From an uncultured Gaiellales bacterium (GTDB lineage: Bacteria; Actinomycetota; Thermoleophilia; RBG-16-64-13), in contig CAZQDY010000001.1 of the NCBI GenBank assembly GCA_964592075.1, positions 60,399 through 124,398 on the forward strand: a stretch of DNA of 64,000 nucleotides. The letters are read 5' to 3'. The notes under the pieces were generated by a model that saw only the letters and a list, made by a program, of their open reading frames with translations, made no database searches and was not told the origin of the DNA. The position numbers and the translations under genes are program-made. This document shows, piece by piece, positions 18,944-28,472 of this stretch (its first letter is position 1; every line of letters starts with the position of its first letter).

Positions 18944-19651
18944 CTAGACCCCGAGGTAAGCCTTTTTGACTATGTCGTTCTGGGCCACTTCGGCGGCTGG
19001 CCCTTCCAGCACGATCGACCCCACCTCCAGCACGTAGGCCCTGTCGCTCAGAGCCAGAGCCATGGTCGCGTTCTGTTCCACGAGGAGTACGCTCAGTCCC
19101 TGCTTGCGGATGTCCACGATGATCTTGCCTACCATCTCCACCATGATCGGCGACAGACCCATACTCGGTTCATCCATGAGGAGCAGCTTCGGCTTGGCCA
19201 TGAGGGCCCGTGCGACGGCGAGCATCTGTTGCTCTCCGCCGCTCAGACTCTCGGCAAGCTGCCGGCCCCTTTGTTTGAGGACGGGAAAGTGCTCGTACAT
19301 CGACTCTATGTCCCGCTTCACTTCGGACTTGTCTTTGCGCAGGTACGCTCCCATGCGCAGATTGTCGGTGACCGTCATGGGGCCGAAGACGATCCTGCCT
19401 TCCGGAACGTGGGCAATGCCTTTCTTGACCAGGTCGTGGCCCGGGAGCTGATCGACCCGCTCGCCGTCGAAGACGATCTCGCCCGACTCGATACGCTTGA
19501 GGGCGGAGATGCTCCGTAGGAGAGTGGTCTTGCCGGCGCCGTTGGCTCCAATGAGGGCGACGACCTCCGCCTCTCCCACCTCCAGGCTTATCCCCTTGAG
19601 CGCCTGGGCCTTGCCGTAGTTGACGACGAGGTCTTTGATCTCAAGCAGCAT
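18944..19651 (-). CDS. livF: HAAT-type ABC transporter ATP-binding protein, LivF-like
   Basis: GANGAGKTT, LSGGEQQMLAVARALM, DEPSMGLSP. Confidence 0.93.
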   Translation of the reverse strand: MLLEIKDLVVNYGKAQALKGISLEVGEAEVVALIGANGAGKTTLLRSISALKRIESGEIVFDGERVDQLPGHDLVKKGIAHVPEGRIVFGPMTVTDNLRMGAYLRKDKSEVKRDIESMYEHFPVLKQRGRQLAESLSGGEQQMLAVARALMAKPKLLLMDEPSMGLSPIMVEMVGKIIVDIRKQGLSVLLVEQNATMALALSDRAYVLEVGSIVLEGPAAEVAQNDIVKKAYLGV

Positions 19652-20417
19652 CGAAGGTCCCCTTGCCCAAGTAGGCCGCGCACACCTCGGGATCGTTGCA
19701 CACCGTCTCGGCGTCCCCCTCGGCTATCTTCTCGCCGTAGTTGAGGACGACGATCCTGTCGCAGACGTCGGTCACGACCCTCATGTGATGTTCCACCAGC
19801 ATGACGGTTATGCCCTGCTCGCGGATCTTGCGGATGATCTCTACCATCGCGTTCGACTCGGTCGGGTTCATCCCGGTCACCGGCTCGTCGAGCAACAGAA
19901 GGCCGGGGCTGGTGGCGAGGGTGATGCCCACGCTCAGCATCCGCTGATGGCCGTGGGACAGATTGGCCGCGAGCTCGTCCTTGAGGTGCGTCAGCCCTAC
20001 GAACTCCAGTATCTCGAGGGCCCGCGCCTTGAACCGGGCTTCCTCCTCCCGAGCCTTCTTGCCATAGACGAAGCTGCTGGCCAGCCCGACGGTGCGGGTG
20101 CGATGGAAACCCACGATGACGTTCTCGAGGGCGGATATGTTGTCGAAGAGCACCGAATGCTGGAACAGCCGGGCGATGCCGCGCCTTGCGACGGCGTGAG
20201 CCGGGAGACCCACCAGGTTCCTTCCCTGGAATAGGATCTCTCCGCTGGTGGGCTTCTGGAAACCGCTGATCATGCTGAACACGGTGGACTTGCCCGCCCC
20301 GTTGGGCCCGATGAGCCCGAAGATCTCCTGCTCGTGCACCTCCATGTCAAGGTCCTTGACCGCCGTCAGCCCCCCGAAGCGTTTGGTGAGACCTTTGATC
20401 TCCAGGATCGTGCTCAT
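19641..20417 (-). CDS. livG: HAAT-type ABC transporter ATP-binding protein, LivG-like
   Basis: Start re-chosen at ATG 20417 (MSTILEIKGLTKRFGG). GPNGAGKST, LSHGHQR, LLLDEP, VEHHM. Confidence 0.92.
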   Translation of the reverse strand: MSTILEIKGLTKRFGGLTAVKDLDMEVHEQEIFGLIGPNGAGKSTVFSMISGFQKPTSGEILFQGRNLVGLPAHAVARRGIARLFQHSVLFDNISALENVIVGFHRTRTVGLASSFVYGKKAREEEARFKARALEILEFVGLTHLKDELAANLSHGHQRMLSVGITLATSPGLLLLDEPVTGMNPTESNAMVEIIRKIREQGITVMLVEHHMRVVTDVCDRIVVLNYGEKIAEGDAETVCNDPEVCAAYLGKGTFDAA

Positions 20418-21493
20418 GGCTCTCCTTCCGATCCGGCTCCGTCCGGCCGCTCGGCCGCGGGCTCCCCCTCTGTCGGAAGGGAAGCGGGTGCGGGTCGCTG
20501 CCGCCGGAGACGATACCCGAAGGCTCTCGCGAAGAGCCCCTGGACCTCCGACGCCGACCGGCCCCGGAAGAGCCCCATGATCCCCTGGGGGACAAAGATC
20601 AGGATGAGGATGATGATCGCGCCGGTGATCATGGGCTCGAAGCCTTTCGTGACCCTCAGGGCCTCGGGGATCACCACCAGGACCCCGGCGCCGATGATGG
20701 GACCGAGTATGGGGGCGACCACTCCGCCGAGGATCGCGTACATCTGCACGTAGATGACTTTGAACACGCCATACGAGTCCGGCATGATGTTGGTGGAGTA
20801 GTGGGCGAAGAACACTCCCATCAAGGCGGCCATGGCCGAGCAGATGACAAACCCCAGCAGGCGGTACCGGAAGAGGCTGATGCCGACAGACTGGGCCAGG
20901 TCGGTACTGAGTCCCATCGCCCGCCAGACCCGGCCGGTCCATGCCCGGTATAGAGCAAGGGTCACCACCACGACTATCACAGCGAGGACAAGCAGCAGGT
21001 AGTAGTACGAGCGCGTCGAGCCGAACACGATGTCGGCGTCGCCCGGCAGGGGGATCGTGTTCACGGGGGGGATACGGATGAGGCCCACCCGCCCCCCGAA
21101 GACCTTGAAGGTCGCGAACACGAGGGGCACGATGAAACCGAAGATCAGGCTGGGCATGATGAAGCCCAGCCCTGAGTAACGGACTATGATCGCCCCGAAC
21201 AGAGCGGCGACGCACGCGGCAATGATGATCGACAGGGGCAGTGACGCCCAGAACGAGAGACCGCCCTTGAGGGTCAGCATCGCCGAGGAGTAGGCTCCGA
21301 TCCCCCAGAAGGCCGCGATCGACATGTTCAGCATGCCCGCGCGCAGCAGGATGACGAAGGTCATCGCCAGCACCGCGTTCATCATGATAATGATGAGGAG
21401 GTGCATGTAGTAGTCGCTGCTGATGAACTGCGGTAGGGCGATCACCACCAGGAGGAAGACGATCGCCAGCGACCATCTGAGGCGCTTAGACAC
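20414..21493 (-). CDS. livM: HAAT-type ABC transporter permease, LivM-like
   Basis: Multi-TM protein with AGMLNMSIAAFWGIGAY, LAQSVGI and GPIIGA. Confidence 0.88.
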   Translation of the reverse strand: MSKRLRWSLAIVFLLVVIALPQFISSDYYMHLLIIIMMNAVLAMTFVILLRAGMLNMSIAAFWGIGAYSSAMLTLKGGLSFWASLPLSIIIAACVAALFGAIIVRYSGLGFIMPSLIFGFIVPLVFATFKVFGGRVGLIRIPPVNTIPLPGDADIVFGSTRSYYYLLLVLAVIVVVVTLALYRAWTGRVWRAMGLSTDLAQSVGISLFRYRLLGFVICSAMAALMGVFFAHYSTNIMPDSYGVFKVIYVQMYAILGGVVAPILGPIIGAGVLVVIPEALRVTKGFEPMITGAIIILILIFVPQGIMGLFRGRSASEVQGLFARAFGYRLRRQRPAPASLPTEGEPAAERPDGAGSEGEP

Positions 21494-22376
21494 GGCCGAT
21501 CTCCTCTATGTTCTTGCCCAGTAGACCGCCCGGCTTGAAGAGCAGGATGACGAGGATGACGGCGAAGAAGAGTATCTGGGCCTCGCCACTCCCCACGAAG
21601 TACTGGCCGTAGCTGAGACTCATCCCAAAGACCAGCCCGCCGAGGATGGCGCCCATCATGCTCCCCACGCCGCCGAGCATAACGACCAGCATCACGAGGA
21701 AACCATTGGAGGCCATGCTGACTTCGACTCCGAGGATAGGAGCCATGATCCCCCCGGCGAACCCGGCCAGGGCGCAGCCGATGGTGACGGCGATCATGAA
21801 CATACGGTCGGCGTTGACCCCTTGGAGTGTTGCGACGTCGGCCCGGAATGACACGGCGCGCATCGCGCGGCCTCTGCGGGTCTTTCGCAGAAGGATGTGC
21901 AGAGCCAGCAGCACCACTGCGCTGATGCCGATGACGATGACTTTGTCGGTCGGGATCCTGACTCCGAGCACTTCGATGACGGAGGTGAACACGGGCGGGA
22001 CGCTCCTTGACCCGGTCCCGAAGATCATGAGGGCGGCCTGGCCGATGATCAGCATCAGCCCGACTCCTGCGATGATGTTCGTCAGGAACTGGTTCCTCCG
22101 GAACTGTAGGGGCCGGAAGACGAGCACATAGCTGAGCGCGCCAAGGATCGCCGTCGCGATGACTGCGATGATCACCGCCAGGAGATAGTAGACTCCCGCT
22201 CTCACCTGCAGGTACCAGACCGCGAAGGCGCCCAACATGTAGAAGTCGCCGAAAGCGATGAAGATGATGTTGGGCACCGCCATGACCAGGTTGAAACCCG
22301 AGGACATGAGCATATAGACGACGCCGATGGATAGTCCGTCGACGAACAACTGGATCATCGTCCTACCCATAAGCAT
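21486..22376 (-). CDS. livH: HAAT-type ABC transporter permease, LivH-like
   Basis: GFNLV...IAFGDFYMLGA, GRAMRAVS, ATLQGVN, GGVGS. RBS AGGAGGTGA; the start could instead be 22370. Confidence 0.88.
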   Translation of the reverse strand: MLMGRTMIQLFVDGLSIGVVYMLMSSGFNLVMAVPNIIFIAFGDFYMLGAFAVWYLQVRAGVYYLLAVIIAVIATAILGALSYVLVFRPLQFRRNQFLTNIIAGVGLMLIIGQAALMIFGTGSRSVPPVFTSVIEVLGVRIPTDKVIVIGISAVVLLALHILLRKTRRGRAMRAVSFRADVATLQGVNADRMFMIAVTIGCALAGFAGGIMAPILGVEVSMASNGFLVMLVVMLGGVGSMMGAILGGLVFGMSLSYGQYFVGSGEAQILFFAVILVILLFKPGGLLGKNIEEIGRV

Positions 22377-22423
22377 TCACCTCCTGGACACCGTCTGCCG
22401 TTTGGGCTCGCGAACAGAGATCC

Positions 22424-22456
22424 CGGGGCCCGAAGGACGCCGTCCTCCGGGCCCCG
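22424..22456 (-). terminator. Stem-loop between the binding-protein gene and livH
   Basis: cggggcccgaaggacg / cgtcctccgggccccg. The single mismatch is a G-U pair in the minus-strand RNA. Confidence 0.6.
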
Positions 22457-22469
22457 TACCTGTGGGGGG

Positions 22470-23801
22470 CTAGGCCCAACCGTACGTCTTCTTGTTGTAT
22501 TCGAAAGCCCTGTCGAGGCTGAGCTCTTCGATGACCTTCCATTCGCCCTTCTCGACGACACCCATGGTGACGGCGTAGATGCAGTCGACACACTGCGGGT
22601 TGTCAAGGTCGGGGCGAGGGATGATCTTCCCATGGCCGTCGGGGCTGTCGAATTCGAAGCCTGCGTGCATCACCTCGGCCAGTTTGGTGGCGTCGAGCGT
22701 GGCGGCCTTCTCCAGAGCCGCCTTGAGCAGCCACAGTGTCTGGCTGTGGAAGATAGCCGGGTAGTCCCACTCTCCAAACTTGGCCACGTACACGTCGTAC
22801 AGCTCTTTGGCCGCCGCCGGCGGCTTGGGCAGTTCAAACAGAGCCCAACTGGAAGCGACGTTCTCATGGTTCTCGATCGGTACGACCTTCGTTGCCGAAC
22901 CCGGCACGAAGCCCACGGTGATCCACTTGGGACCCTCGAAGCCGGCCTGTTTCATAGCCTTGAAGAACTGGCCGTCGGAGACATCGCCGCCACCGCAGGT
23001 GCTGAAGACCTCGCCGCCGGAGGCGACGAGCGTCGTCGCGATGGCGCTGAAGTCAGTCGTGCCCATCGGGTACAAGATCTCTTTAACGACCTCCTGGCCC
23101 CAGGCCTTGCAGAGCATCTCGAGCTTCCTGGACTCTTCATTGCCCTGAAGGTTGTCCGGATGTCCCCCCATGACCTTCTTGACGTCGGGCCATCGCTCGC
23201 TGCACCACCCCCATATTTGGGCAGGCTTCGTATTCAGATAGGTAGCCTGGAACGTCAGCTTGTTGATCGGCTTCAGGATCTCAGGCGACGGGCTGCCCGC
23301 GATGACCAGCTTGCCGGCCTGCTCGGTGAGCGGCTGCCAGTAGTCGGTGCTCTCATCGCCAAGGATGAACTCGACCTTGTCCTCGTTCAGGAGGCGTTGC
23401 ACGGCCGAGCGGCTCGTCTCCGAGTCCCTCTTGCCGTCGTACATGATGAGGTCGACCTCGTAGGCCTGGTCGCCCACCTTGATGCCACCGGTCGAGTTCA
23501 TGTGCGGGACGTACGCTTCCATGATGTGCTGCCACATGACGTGGAGCGGGAAGGAGTAGTCCAGGATCATGCCGACCTTGAGCTTCTGCAGGCCGGCAGC
23601 CACTGTGGTGGTGGCTCCCGCGGCCGCAGTGGTCGTGGTGGCTGTGGGCTCATCGTCCCCGCAGGCCGCGACCAGGCCGCCAAGACCGGCGCCAAGACCG
23701 ATCGCGGCTCCCGCCATACCTGCCAGCTTCAGGAACTCGCGCCGGCTTACTGACCTGCCTTGTGCCTCATCGTTGAGGCTGGTATCCGGTTTCTCGCTCA
23801 T
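22470..23801 (-). CDS. HAAT-type ABC substrate-binding protein, Tat-exported lipoprotein
   Basis: SRREFLK twin-arginine motif, hydrophobic segment, lipobox LVAAC, Thr-rich stalk, then LKVGMILD. Confidence 0.85.
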   Translation of the reverse strand: MSEKPDTSLNDEAQGRSVSRREFLKLAGMAGAAIGLGAGLGGLVAACGDDEPTATTTTAAAGATTTVAAGLQKLKVGMILDYSFPLHVMWQHIMEAYVPHMNSTGGIKVGDQAYEVDLIMYDGKRDSETSRSAVQRLLNEDKVEFILGDESTDYWQPLTEQAGKLVIAGSPSPEILKPINKLTFQATYLNTKPAQIWGWCSERWPDVKKVMGGHPDNLQGNEESRKLEMLCKAWGQEVVKEILYPMGTTDFSAIATTLVASGGEVFSTCGGGDVSDGQFFKAMKQAGFEGPKWITVGFVPGSATKVVPIENHENVASSWALFELPKPPAAAKELYDVYVAKFGEWDYPAIFHSQTLWLLKAALEKAATLDATKLAEVMHAGFEFDSPDGHGKIIPRPDLDNPQCVDCIYAVTMGVVEKGEWKVIEELSLDRAFEYNKKTYGWA

Positions 23802-23899
23802 CGTGAACCTCCCCTCGAATGCCTATATGGCCTGGTGATACGCCGTGTCATAGATCTGCAGGACATCCGCTCACGCCATCCGCTACCCCGGCCGGCTCA

Positions 23900-25006
23900 C
23901 TACCCCTTCCTGTACCTGGGCGGGATCCAGGTGTCGGTCTTGTCGGACTCGGGGACCGAATCCATCCAATTGATACCCCATACGTCGGGCCTTCCGCTCA
24001 TGAACATCCGGTCGTGAGGGACGGGCAGATCCCAGAGCCGGACCGCGTTCCCTCCCAGGATCAGGTTGATCTCGTCCTGGGTCAGGTAGTCACGCAGCTT
24101 GTCGATCTGATGCAGCTCCCAGCCCCACCAGTCCGCCTGGTACGTCGGCACCTTCGGCCAGTGATGCATGGCGGTGGTGAAGGTGGGCGGGTCGGCGCCC
24201 GGGTTCATGACTATGTATTGCGGGACATGCCCGTAGTCGGCGCCCCAGATGAGCTGGCTGATCAGGATGTTCGGGTCCTTGAGCGCGTAGAGGTAGTACT
24301 GCCAAGGCCAGTTGCCCGTCTCCAGATAGATGTTCTTGCCGGAACAGGCGGCCAGTGCTCTGCGTATGACGGCAGCACCCTGAGTATACGAGCCGATCGA
24401 GTAGCCGCCGTGACAAAGAACGATCGGCACCTCGGGGTACTCTCTGGCTATGCGGGCGAGAAGAGCATAGGGATCCCACTCGTACGCCATGGTGAAGTCG
24501 TGGAAGTCAACCGTGACGCCGTACTTCTCTGCCAACTCCATGAAGGTCCGGTATTCGTTCAACCTCTCCTCGAACGTGTAGATCTTCTTGGGGTCCCAGT
24601 CCTGAGGGACGAACTCGCCGATGCCGATGAACATGCCGGTCTTGAGCGCGTTCTCCACTTCCTGCGCCGCATCGTCGAGCGACCACTTGGCTTCGCCACG
24701 GGCGATCTTGAGCTTGCACGTCTGGTCGGCGCAGAAGGCCCGGAACTTGTCAGGGTACTTCCGCACCAGATCAGCCTGGTACTCATTGGTCGTGCCCTGC
24801 ATGCTCGGTTTGAGCAGGCACATATCGACGCCGTAGCGTTCCATGTCGTAGAGGCACAGGGGCGAGTTGTCGTAATGGATCACCTCCCCCGCGTCCGGTG
24901 TCATCGGCAGGCCGTTCCAATCGTCTCCGGCATCGCCTTTGGGTTTGTAAAGGGTGGTGATATGGGCGTGGGTCTCGACCACGAACCGGCCGGCGGCTCT
25001 CATCAT
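23900..25006 (-). CDS. Amidohydrolase family (Amidohydro_2-like) metalloprotein, paralog 3
   Basis: Start re-chosen at ATG 25006 (RBS GAAGGAGG). VVETHAH, MERYGVDMCLL, IGIGEF, DFHD, LCHGG, IYLETG, IWGADYG, GGNAVRLW. Confidence 0.85.
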   Translation of the reverse strand: MMRAAGRFVVETHAHITTLYKPKGDAGDDWNGLPMTPDAGEVIHYDNSPLCLYDMERYGVDMCLLKPSMQGTTNEYQADLVRKYPDKFRAFCADQTCKLKIARGEAKWSLDDAAQEVENALKTGMFIGIGEFVPQDWDPKKIYTFEERLNEYRTFMELAEKYGVTVDFHDFTMAYEWDPYALLARIAREYPEVPIVLCHGGYSIGSYTQGAAVIRRALAACSGKNIYLETGNWPWQYYLYALKDPNILISQLIWGADYGHVPQYIVMNPGADPPTFTTAMHHWPKVPTYQADWWGWELHQIDKLRDYLTQDEINLILGGNAVRLWDLPVPHDRMFMSGRPDVWGINWMDSVPESDKTDTWIPPRYRKG

Positions 25007-25089
25007 TCCTGTCCTCCTTCCCAGACCTCGCGACGTGCCCGGATCTCTCCTTCGCGCCGCTCGCTCCGGCGATAGTGAGACTCGCCACC

Positions 25090-25156
25090 GTTGCGAAATG
25101 CGCAACAGCATGCTTGACTGGTGATACCATAACTTCGAGCCTCACCCGGAGTCAAG
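25090..25156 (-). promoter_or_regulatory. Leftward promoter and palindromic operator candidate in the IclR divergent region
   Basis: Minus strand TTGACT (25155-25150), 18 bp, TATGGT (25131-25126). Palindrome GTTGCG-AAATG-CGCAAC at 25090-25106. CTTGACT/AGTCAAG inverted pair at 25113-25119 and 25150-25156. Confidence 0.55.
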
Positions 25157-25216
25157 AGGCGCGTGATACCGTCGAGCGCGAAGCACTCCCATCAAGAAAG
25201 GGCGACCAAGGACAAG

Positions 25217-26047
25217 ATGGCCGAGACCATGGACGACGCACAGCAGGGCGGCGGCAGAGGCCCCCAGTTGGTACAGTCGCTGTCGCGGGGATTGGGCATT
25301 CTCAGCCAGTTCACCGCGGAATCGCGCAGTCTCAGCCTTGCCGACCTCAGCCGCCGGACCGGTCTTCACAGGGCCACGGTCTACCGCTTCGCCCGGACCC
25401 TCGAGACGGAGGGCTTCTTGACGTACGATCCCGATTCCGGACTCTACAGCGTCGGTCCCGCCTGGGCCGCGGCGCTGTACTCGCTGGGCACCGATACGGT
25501 CTTGGCCGAGATCCTCAACGACGACATGCACGCGCTTTCGGAGGCCGTCGGCGAGACCGTGACGCTCGCCGTGCGCCGGGGGGATCACGTACAGATCATC
25601 GCCATCACCCATTCCTCGCGCGTCTTCCGGCCGCGACTGCCCAGCAGCTCGCTCGTGGCCTTGAACGAGTTCTGGAACGTACACGCGAAGATCCACCTCG
25701 CCTACGCGAGCGACGACACGAGGCGCCGCATGCTTGCCATTCCGGCCACGCGGTACACCGAGAACACGATGACCGACCGGAAGGCTATCGCGGCCTGCCT
25801 GGCCAAGGTGGTGGAAGAAGGTGCGGCATACGACCTCGAGGAGCAGCAGAAGGGCGTGTGTGCCATCGCCGTGCCGGTCTTCGAGCGCGGGGATGTGGCG
25901 CTCGCTCTCGGGGTGGTCGTCCCGGTGGAACGCTTCGCCGAGGCCGACGTGGAACGGCTGCGGCGGGAACTGACCACTGTGGCCGGCTTGATGGGGGCCC
26001 GACTCGAGAAGGCGGCCTACGCCTGGAGAGAAGCCCTCGTCACGTAG
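25217..26047 (+). CDS. IclR family transcriptional regulator
   Basis: VQSLSRGLGIL...LSLADLSRRTGLHRATVYRF HTH and effector domain (YTENT, YDLEEQQKGVCAIAVPV). Start ambiguous (25163 GTG or 25217 ATG). Confidence 0.9.
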   Translation: MAETMDDAQQGGGRGPQLVQSLSRGLGILSQFTAESRSLSLADLSRRTGLHRATVYRFARTLETEGFLTYDPDSGLYSVGPAWAAALYSLGTDTVLAEILNDDMHALSEAVGETVTLAVRRGDHVQIIAITHSSRVFRPRLPSSSLVALNEFWNVHAKIHLAYASDDTRRRMLAIPATRYTENTMTDRKAIAACLAKVVEEGAAYDLEEQQKGVCAIAVPVFERGDVALALGVVVPVERFAEADVERLRRELTTVAGLMGARLEKAAYAWREALVT

Positions 26048-26058
26048 GAGGAGCGCAT

Positions 26059-28050
26059 TTGCCACCGCCCGGAATAACCGAGACTGATCCGCGGCCCTGG
26101 CCCTACCCTATCGAGTACGGGCAGGAGACCAGAGCCGAGTACGACGTGCTGGTGATCGGAGGTGGTGTCGCAGGCTGCCATGCGGCGATCAACGCGGCCC
26201 GGAGGGGAGCGCGCGTCGCGATCCTGGACAAGGGCGCCATCATCCGCAGCGGGTCAGGAGGGGCGGGTGTGGATCACTGGCACGCGGCCTGCCTCAACCC
26301 CTGCAGCCGGGTAACGCCCGACGACTTGGTGGAGTACGTGCACAAGTCGCCCTTCCGGCAGACCACCGAATACGGCAACGCCATCACCAGCTACATCCTG
26401 GGGCGTGAGAGCTACGACACCCTGCTCGACCTGGAACAGATGGGCGTAACGGTGAGAGACGTCGAGGACGACTTCGTGGGCTCCGACTTCCGGGACGAGG
26501 AGACCAAGCTGCTTTTCGCCTACGACTACGAAGGGCGGCACTGCATCCGCGTGCAGGGTTGGGGCGTCAAGCCGGCCCTGCATCGGGAGCTCAAGCGGCT
26601 GAAGGTGGATGTCTACGACCGGCTCATGGGGACGAGCCTGCTGACCGAGGACGGGGCGCAAGGCGCGCGCGTGACCGGCGCGACGGCGCTAAACATCCGC
26701 ACGGGGCGGTTCTACACCTTCCTCGCGAGGTCCACCGTGCTGGCCACGGCCCGTCCGTTCCGCCTGTGGGTCTTCTCCACGGAGCTGCAGGGTCTGGCCT
26801 CCAGCTTCTTCGACCCCAACTGCGCCGGCGACGGCTGCGCGATGGCCTGGAGGGCCGGCGCCGAGCTGACGCTCCTGGAGCAGAGCTTCCCCTTCAGCGG
26901 CACCTTCCGCCACGTCCCGTACGGCACCGGCAACGCGCACAACTCCTGGTACGCCTGCAACATCGTCGATAACAGAGGGCGAGAAGTCCCCTGGGTCGAC
27001 CGCGACGGCAGACCCCTCCACACGCTGGCGGAGCGCTACCGGCCCGCCCCCGGCCAGAGGTTCTTCCTGTCCTGCCCGGACGTCCCCCGCGACTACCAGG
27101 GGCCGGGGCTCATCCCCGACCTCCCCCAGCGCATCCGCGACGGGGAGTTCGAGCTGCCCCTCTACGCCGACCTCCCCAGCATGCCCCCCGACGAACGAAG
27201 GGCTCTCTTCGGGCTCATGATCGGCCACGAAGGCAATACCAGGATCCCCATCTACGCCGCGTACACCCAGGCGGGGTTCGACCCCGACAAGGACATGCTG
27301 CAGGCCAACGTGCTGCCGCCCGACGCGTACAGGTTCGGCGCTTGGTGGGCGGCCGTGCCTCCGCCTCAGTGGCGAGAGGTGGGCAAGCTGGTGCAGGGAG
27401 GCGGTCTGGTGTTCGACTGGGATCTGAGGACCACGCTCCCCGGGCTCTACGCCGCCGGCGAGCAACTCGCCTGCGGCGGCAACCACGCGGCCTCGGCCAC
27501 AACCGGCCGCTATGCAGGCCGGAAGGCGGCGGAGCACGCGTGGCAGGCGCCCCCGCCTCGTGTGAGTGAAGCTCAGGTGGAGGCCGAGAAACGTCGGGTC
27601 TACGCACCGGCTGCCCGGCACAGCGGGTTCGGCTGGAAAGAAGTGCAGGCCGGCCTCTCCCGGGTCATGCAGGACTACTGCGGTGAGTACAGGAGCCGGC
27701 AGACCTTGGAACGTGGTCTGCAATGGCTCGAGAGCATCGAAGAGAGCGAACTGGCCTCGATCCATGCCCGGAACCCCCACGAGCTGATGCGTTCGCTGGA
27801 GGTGGGCGTGCGGCTGGAGGTGGGACGCGCGATGATGCACGCCTCTCTGGCGCGCAGAGCGAGCAGCGAGGCCCTGGGCTTCAAACGCATCGACTACCCC
27901 GAGTGCGATCCTCCCGAGTGGGACAAGCTGGTGACCATCAGGCTGGAGGCAGCCGAGGTGGTCGCCGGAGAGCTCCCCTGCGACTACCCGGAGCTCCCCC
28001 CGTATGCTCCGGACTGCGAGACCAACTACCGGCTCCACTCCGGGCTGTGA
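26059..28050 (+). CDS. FAD-dependent oxidoreductase, adenylylsulfate reductase alpha (AprA)-like / SdhA-FrdA superfamily
   Basis: TTG start at 26059 after GGAGGAG. DVLVIGGGVAG FAD loop, DKGAIIRSGSGG, GDGCAMAWRAGAEL, TTLPGLYAAGE, ASLARRAS C-terminal domain. Lacks the canonical AprA RSGAVAQGL (from memory). Confidence 0.8.
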   Translation: MPPPGITETDPRPWPYPIEYGQETRAEYDVLVIGGGVAGCHAAINAARRGARVAILDKGAIIRSGSGGAGVDHWHAACLNPCSRVTPDDLVEYVHKSPFRQTTEYGNAITSYILGRESYDTLLDLEQMGVTVRDVEDDFVGSDFRDEETKLLFAYDYEGRHCIRVQGWGVKPALHRELKRLKVDVYDRLMGTSLLTEDGAQGARVTGATALNIRTGRFYTFLARSTVLATARPFRLWVFSTELQGLASSFFDPNCAGDGCAMAWRAGAELTLLEQSFPFSGTFRHVPYGTGNAHNSWYACNIVDNRGREVPWVDRDGRPLHTLAERYRPAPGQRFFLSCPDVPRDYQGPGLIPDLPQRIRDGEFELPLYADLPSMPPDERRALFGLMIGHEGNTRIPIYAAYTQAGFDPDKDMLQANVLPPDAYRFGAWWAAVPPPQWREVGKLVQGGGLVFDWDLRTTLPGLYAAGEQLACGGNHAASATTGRYAGRKAAEHAWQAPPPRVSEAQVEAEKRRVYAPAARHSGFGWKEVQAGLSRVMQDYCGEYRSRQTLERGLQWLESIEESELASIHARNPHELMRSLEVGVRLEVGRAMMHASLARRASSEALGFKRIDYPECDPPEWDKLVTIRLEAAEVVAGELPCDYPELPPYAPDCETNYRLHSGL

Positions 28051-28403
28051 AAGGGAGAGCGCTTGTGGAAGCCTGGATGGCAAGCAACCCCGAGACGCCG
28101 TGCCGAGCGGTCCTCATAGACCCGGCAGTGTGCATCGGCTGTAACACATGCGTCGAAGTGTGCAGGTCGGACGTCATGGTGCCTAGCGCGCTGGAAGGCG
28201 GACCGCCGGTAGTCCTCTACCCCGACGAGTGCTGGTTCTGCGGTTGCTGCGTCGGTCACTGCCCGACCCCGGGGGCGATCTCCATGAACCACCCGCTGAA
28301 CCAGCGCGCCGCGTGGAAGCGCAAAGAGACCGGCGAGTTCTTCCGCATCGGCATGAAGAACCCGCCTCCGCCCAATCTCCGGCCGCCCGTTGGCGGATGG
28401 TGA
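28047..28403 (+). CDS. 2x[4Fe-4S] ferredoxin, AprB-like
   Basis: CIGCNTCVEVC and PDECWFCGCCVGHCP. GTGA overlap with the flavoprotein stop; alternative starts at 28065 and 28077. Confidence 0.85.
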   Translation: MKGRALVEAWMASNPETPCRAVLIDPAVCIGCNTCVEVCRSDVMVPSALEGGPPVVLYPDECWFCGCCVGHCPTPGAISMNHPLNQRAAWKRKETGEFFRIGMKNPPPPNLRPPVGGW

Positions 28404-28472
28404 ACGGCCCGGAAGGAGCAGCGCCCTCGACGGGCGCACGCCTCGATGAACCACAGCCAAGGAGGCTCCCAT

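Noticed and set aside
25075-26058. 991-aa ORF suggesting a long N-terminal extension on the AprA-like protein
   Set aside because: The extension overlaps the IclR gene in another frame. A TTG with a strong RBS at 26059 gives a normal-length protein. The same reasoning applies to the over-extended ORFs at 13985, 19641, 31139, 44544 and 48699.
26059-28403. Calling these genes aprA/aprB and the organism a sulfate reducer
   Set aside because: The signature motifs diverge and no sat, qmo or dsr genes are in the window.
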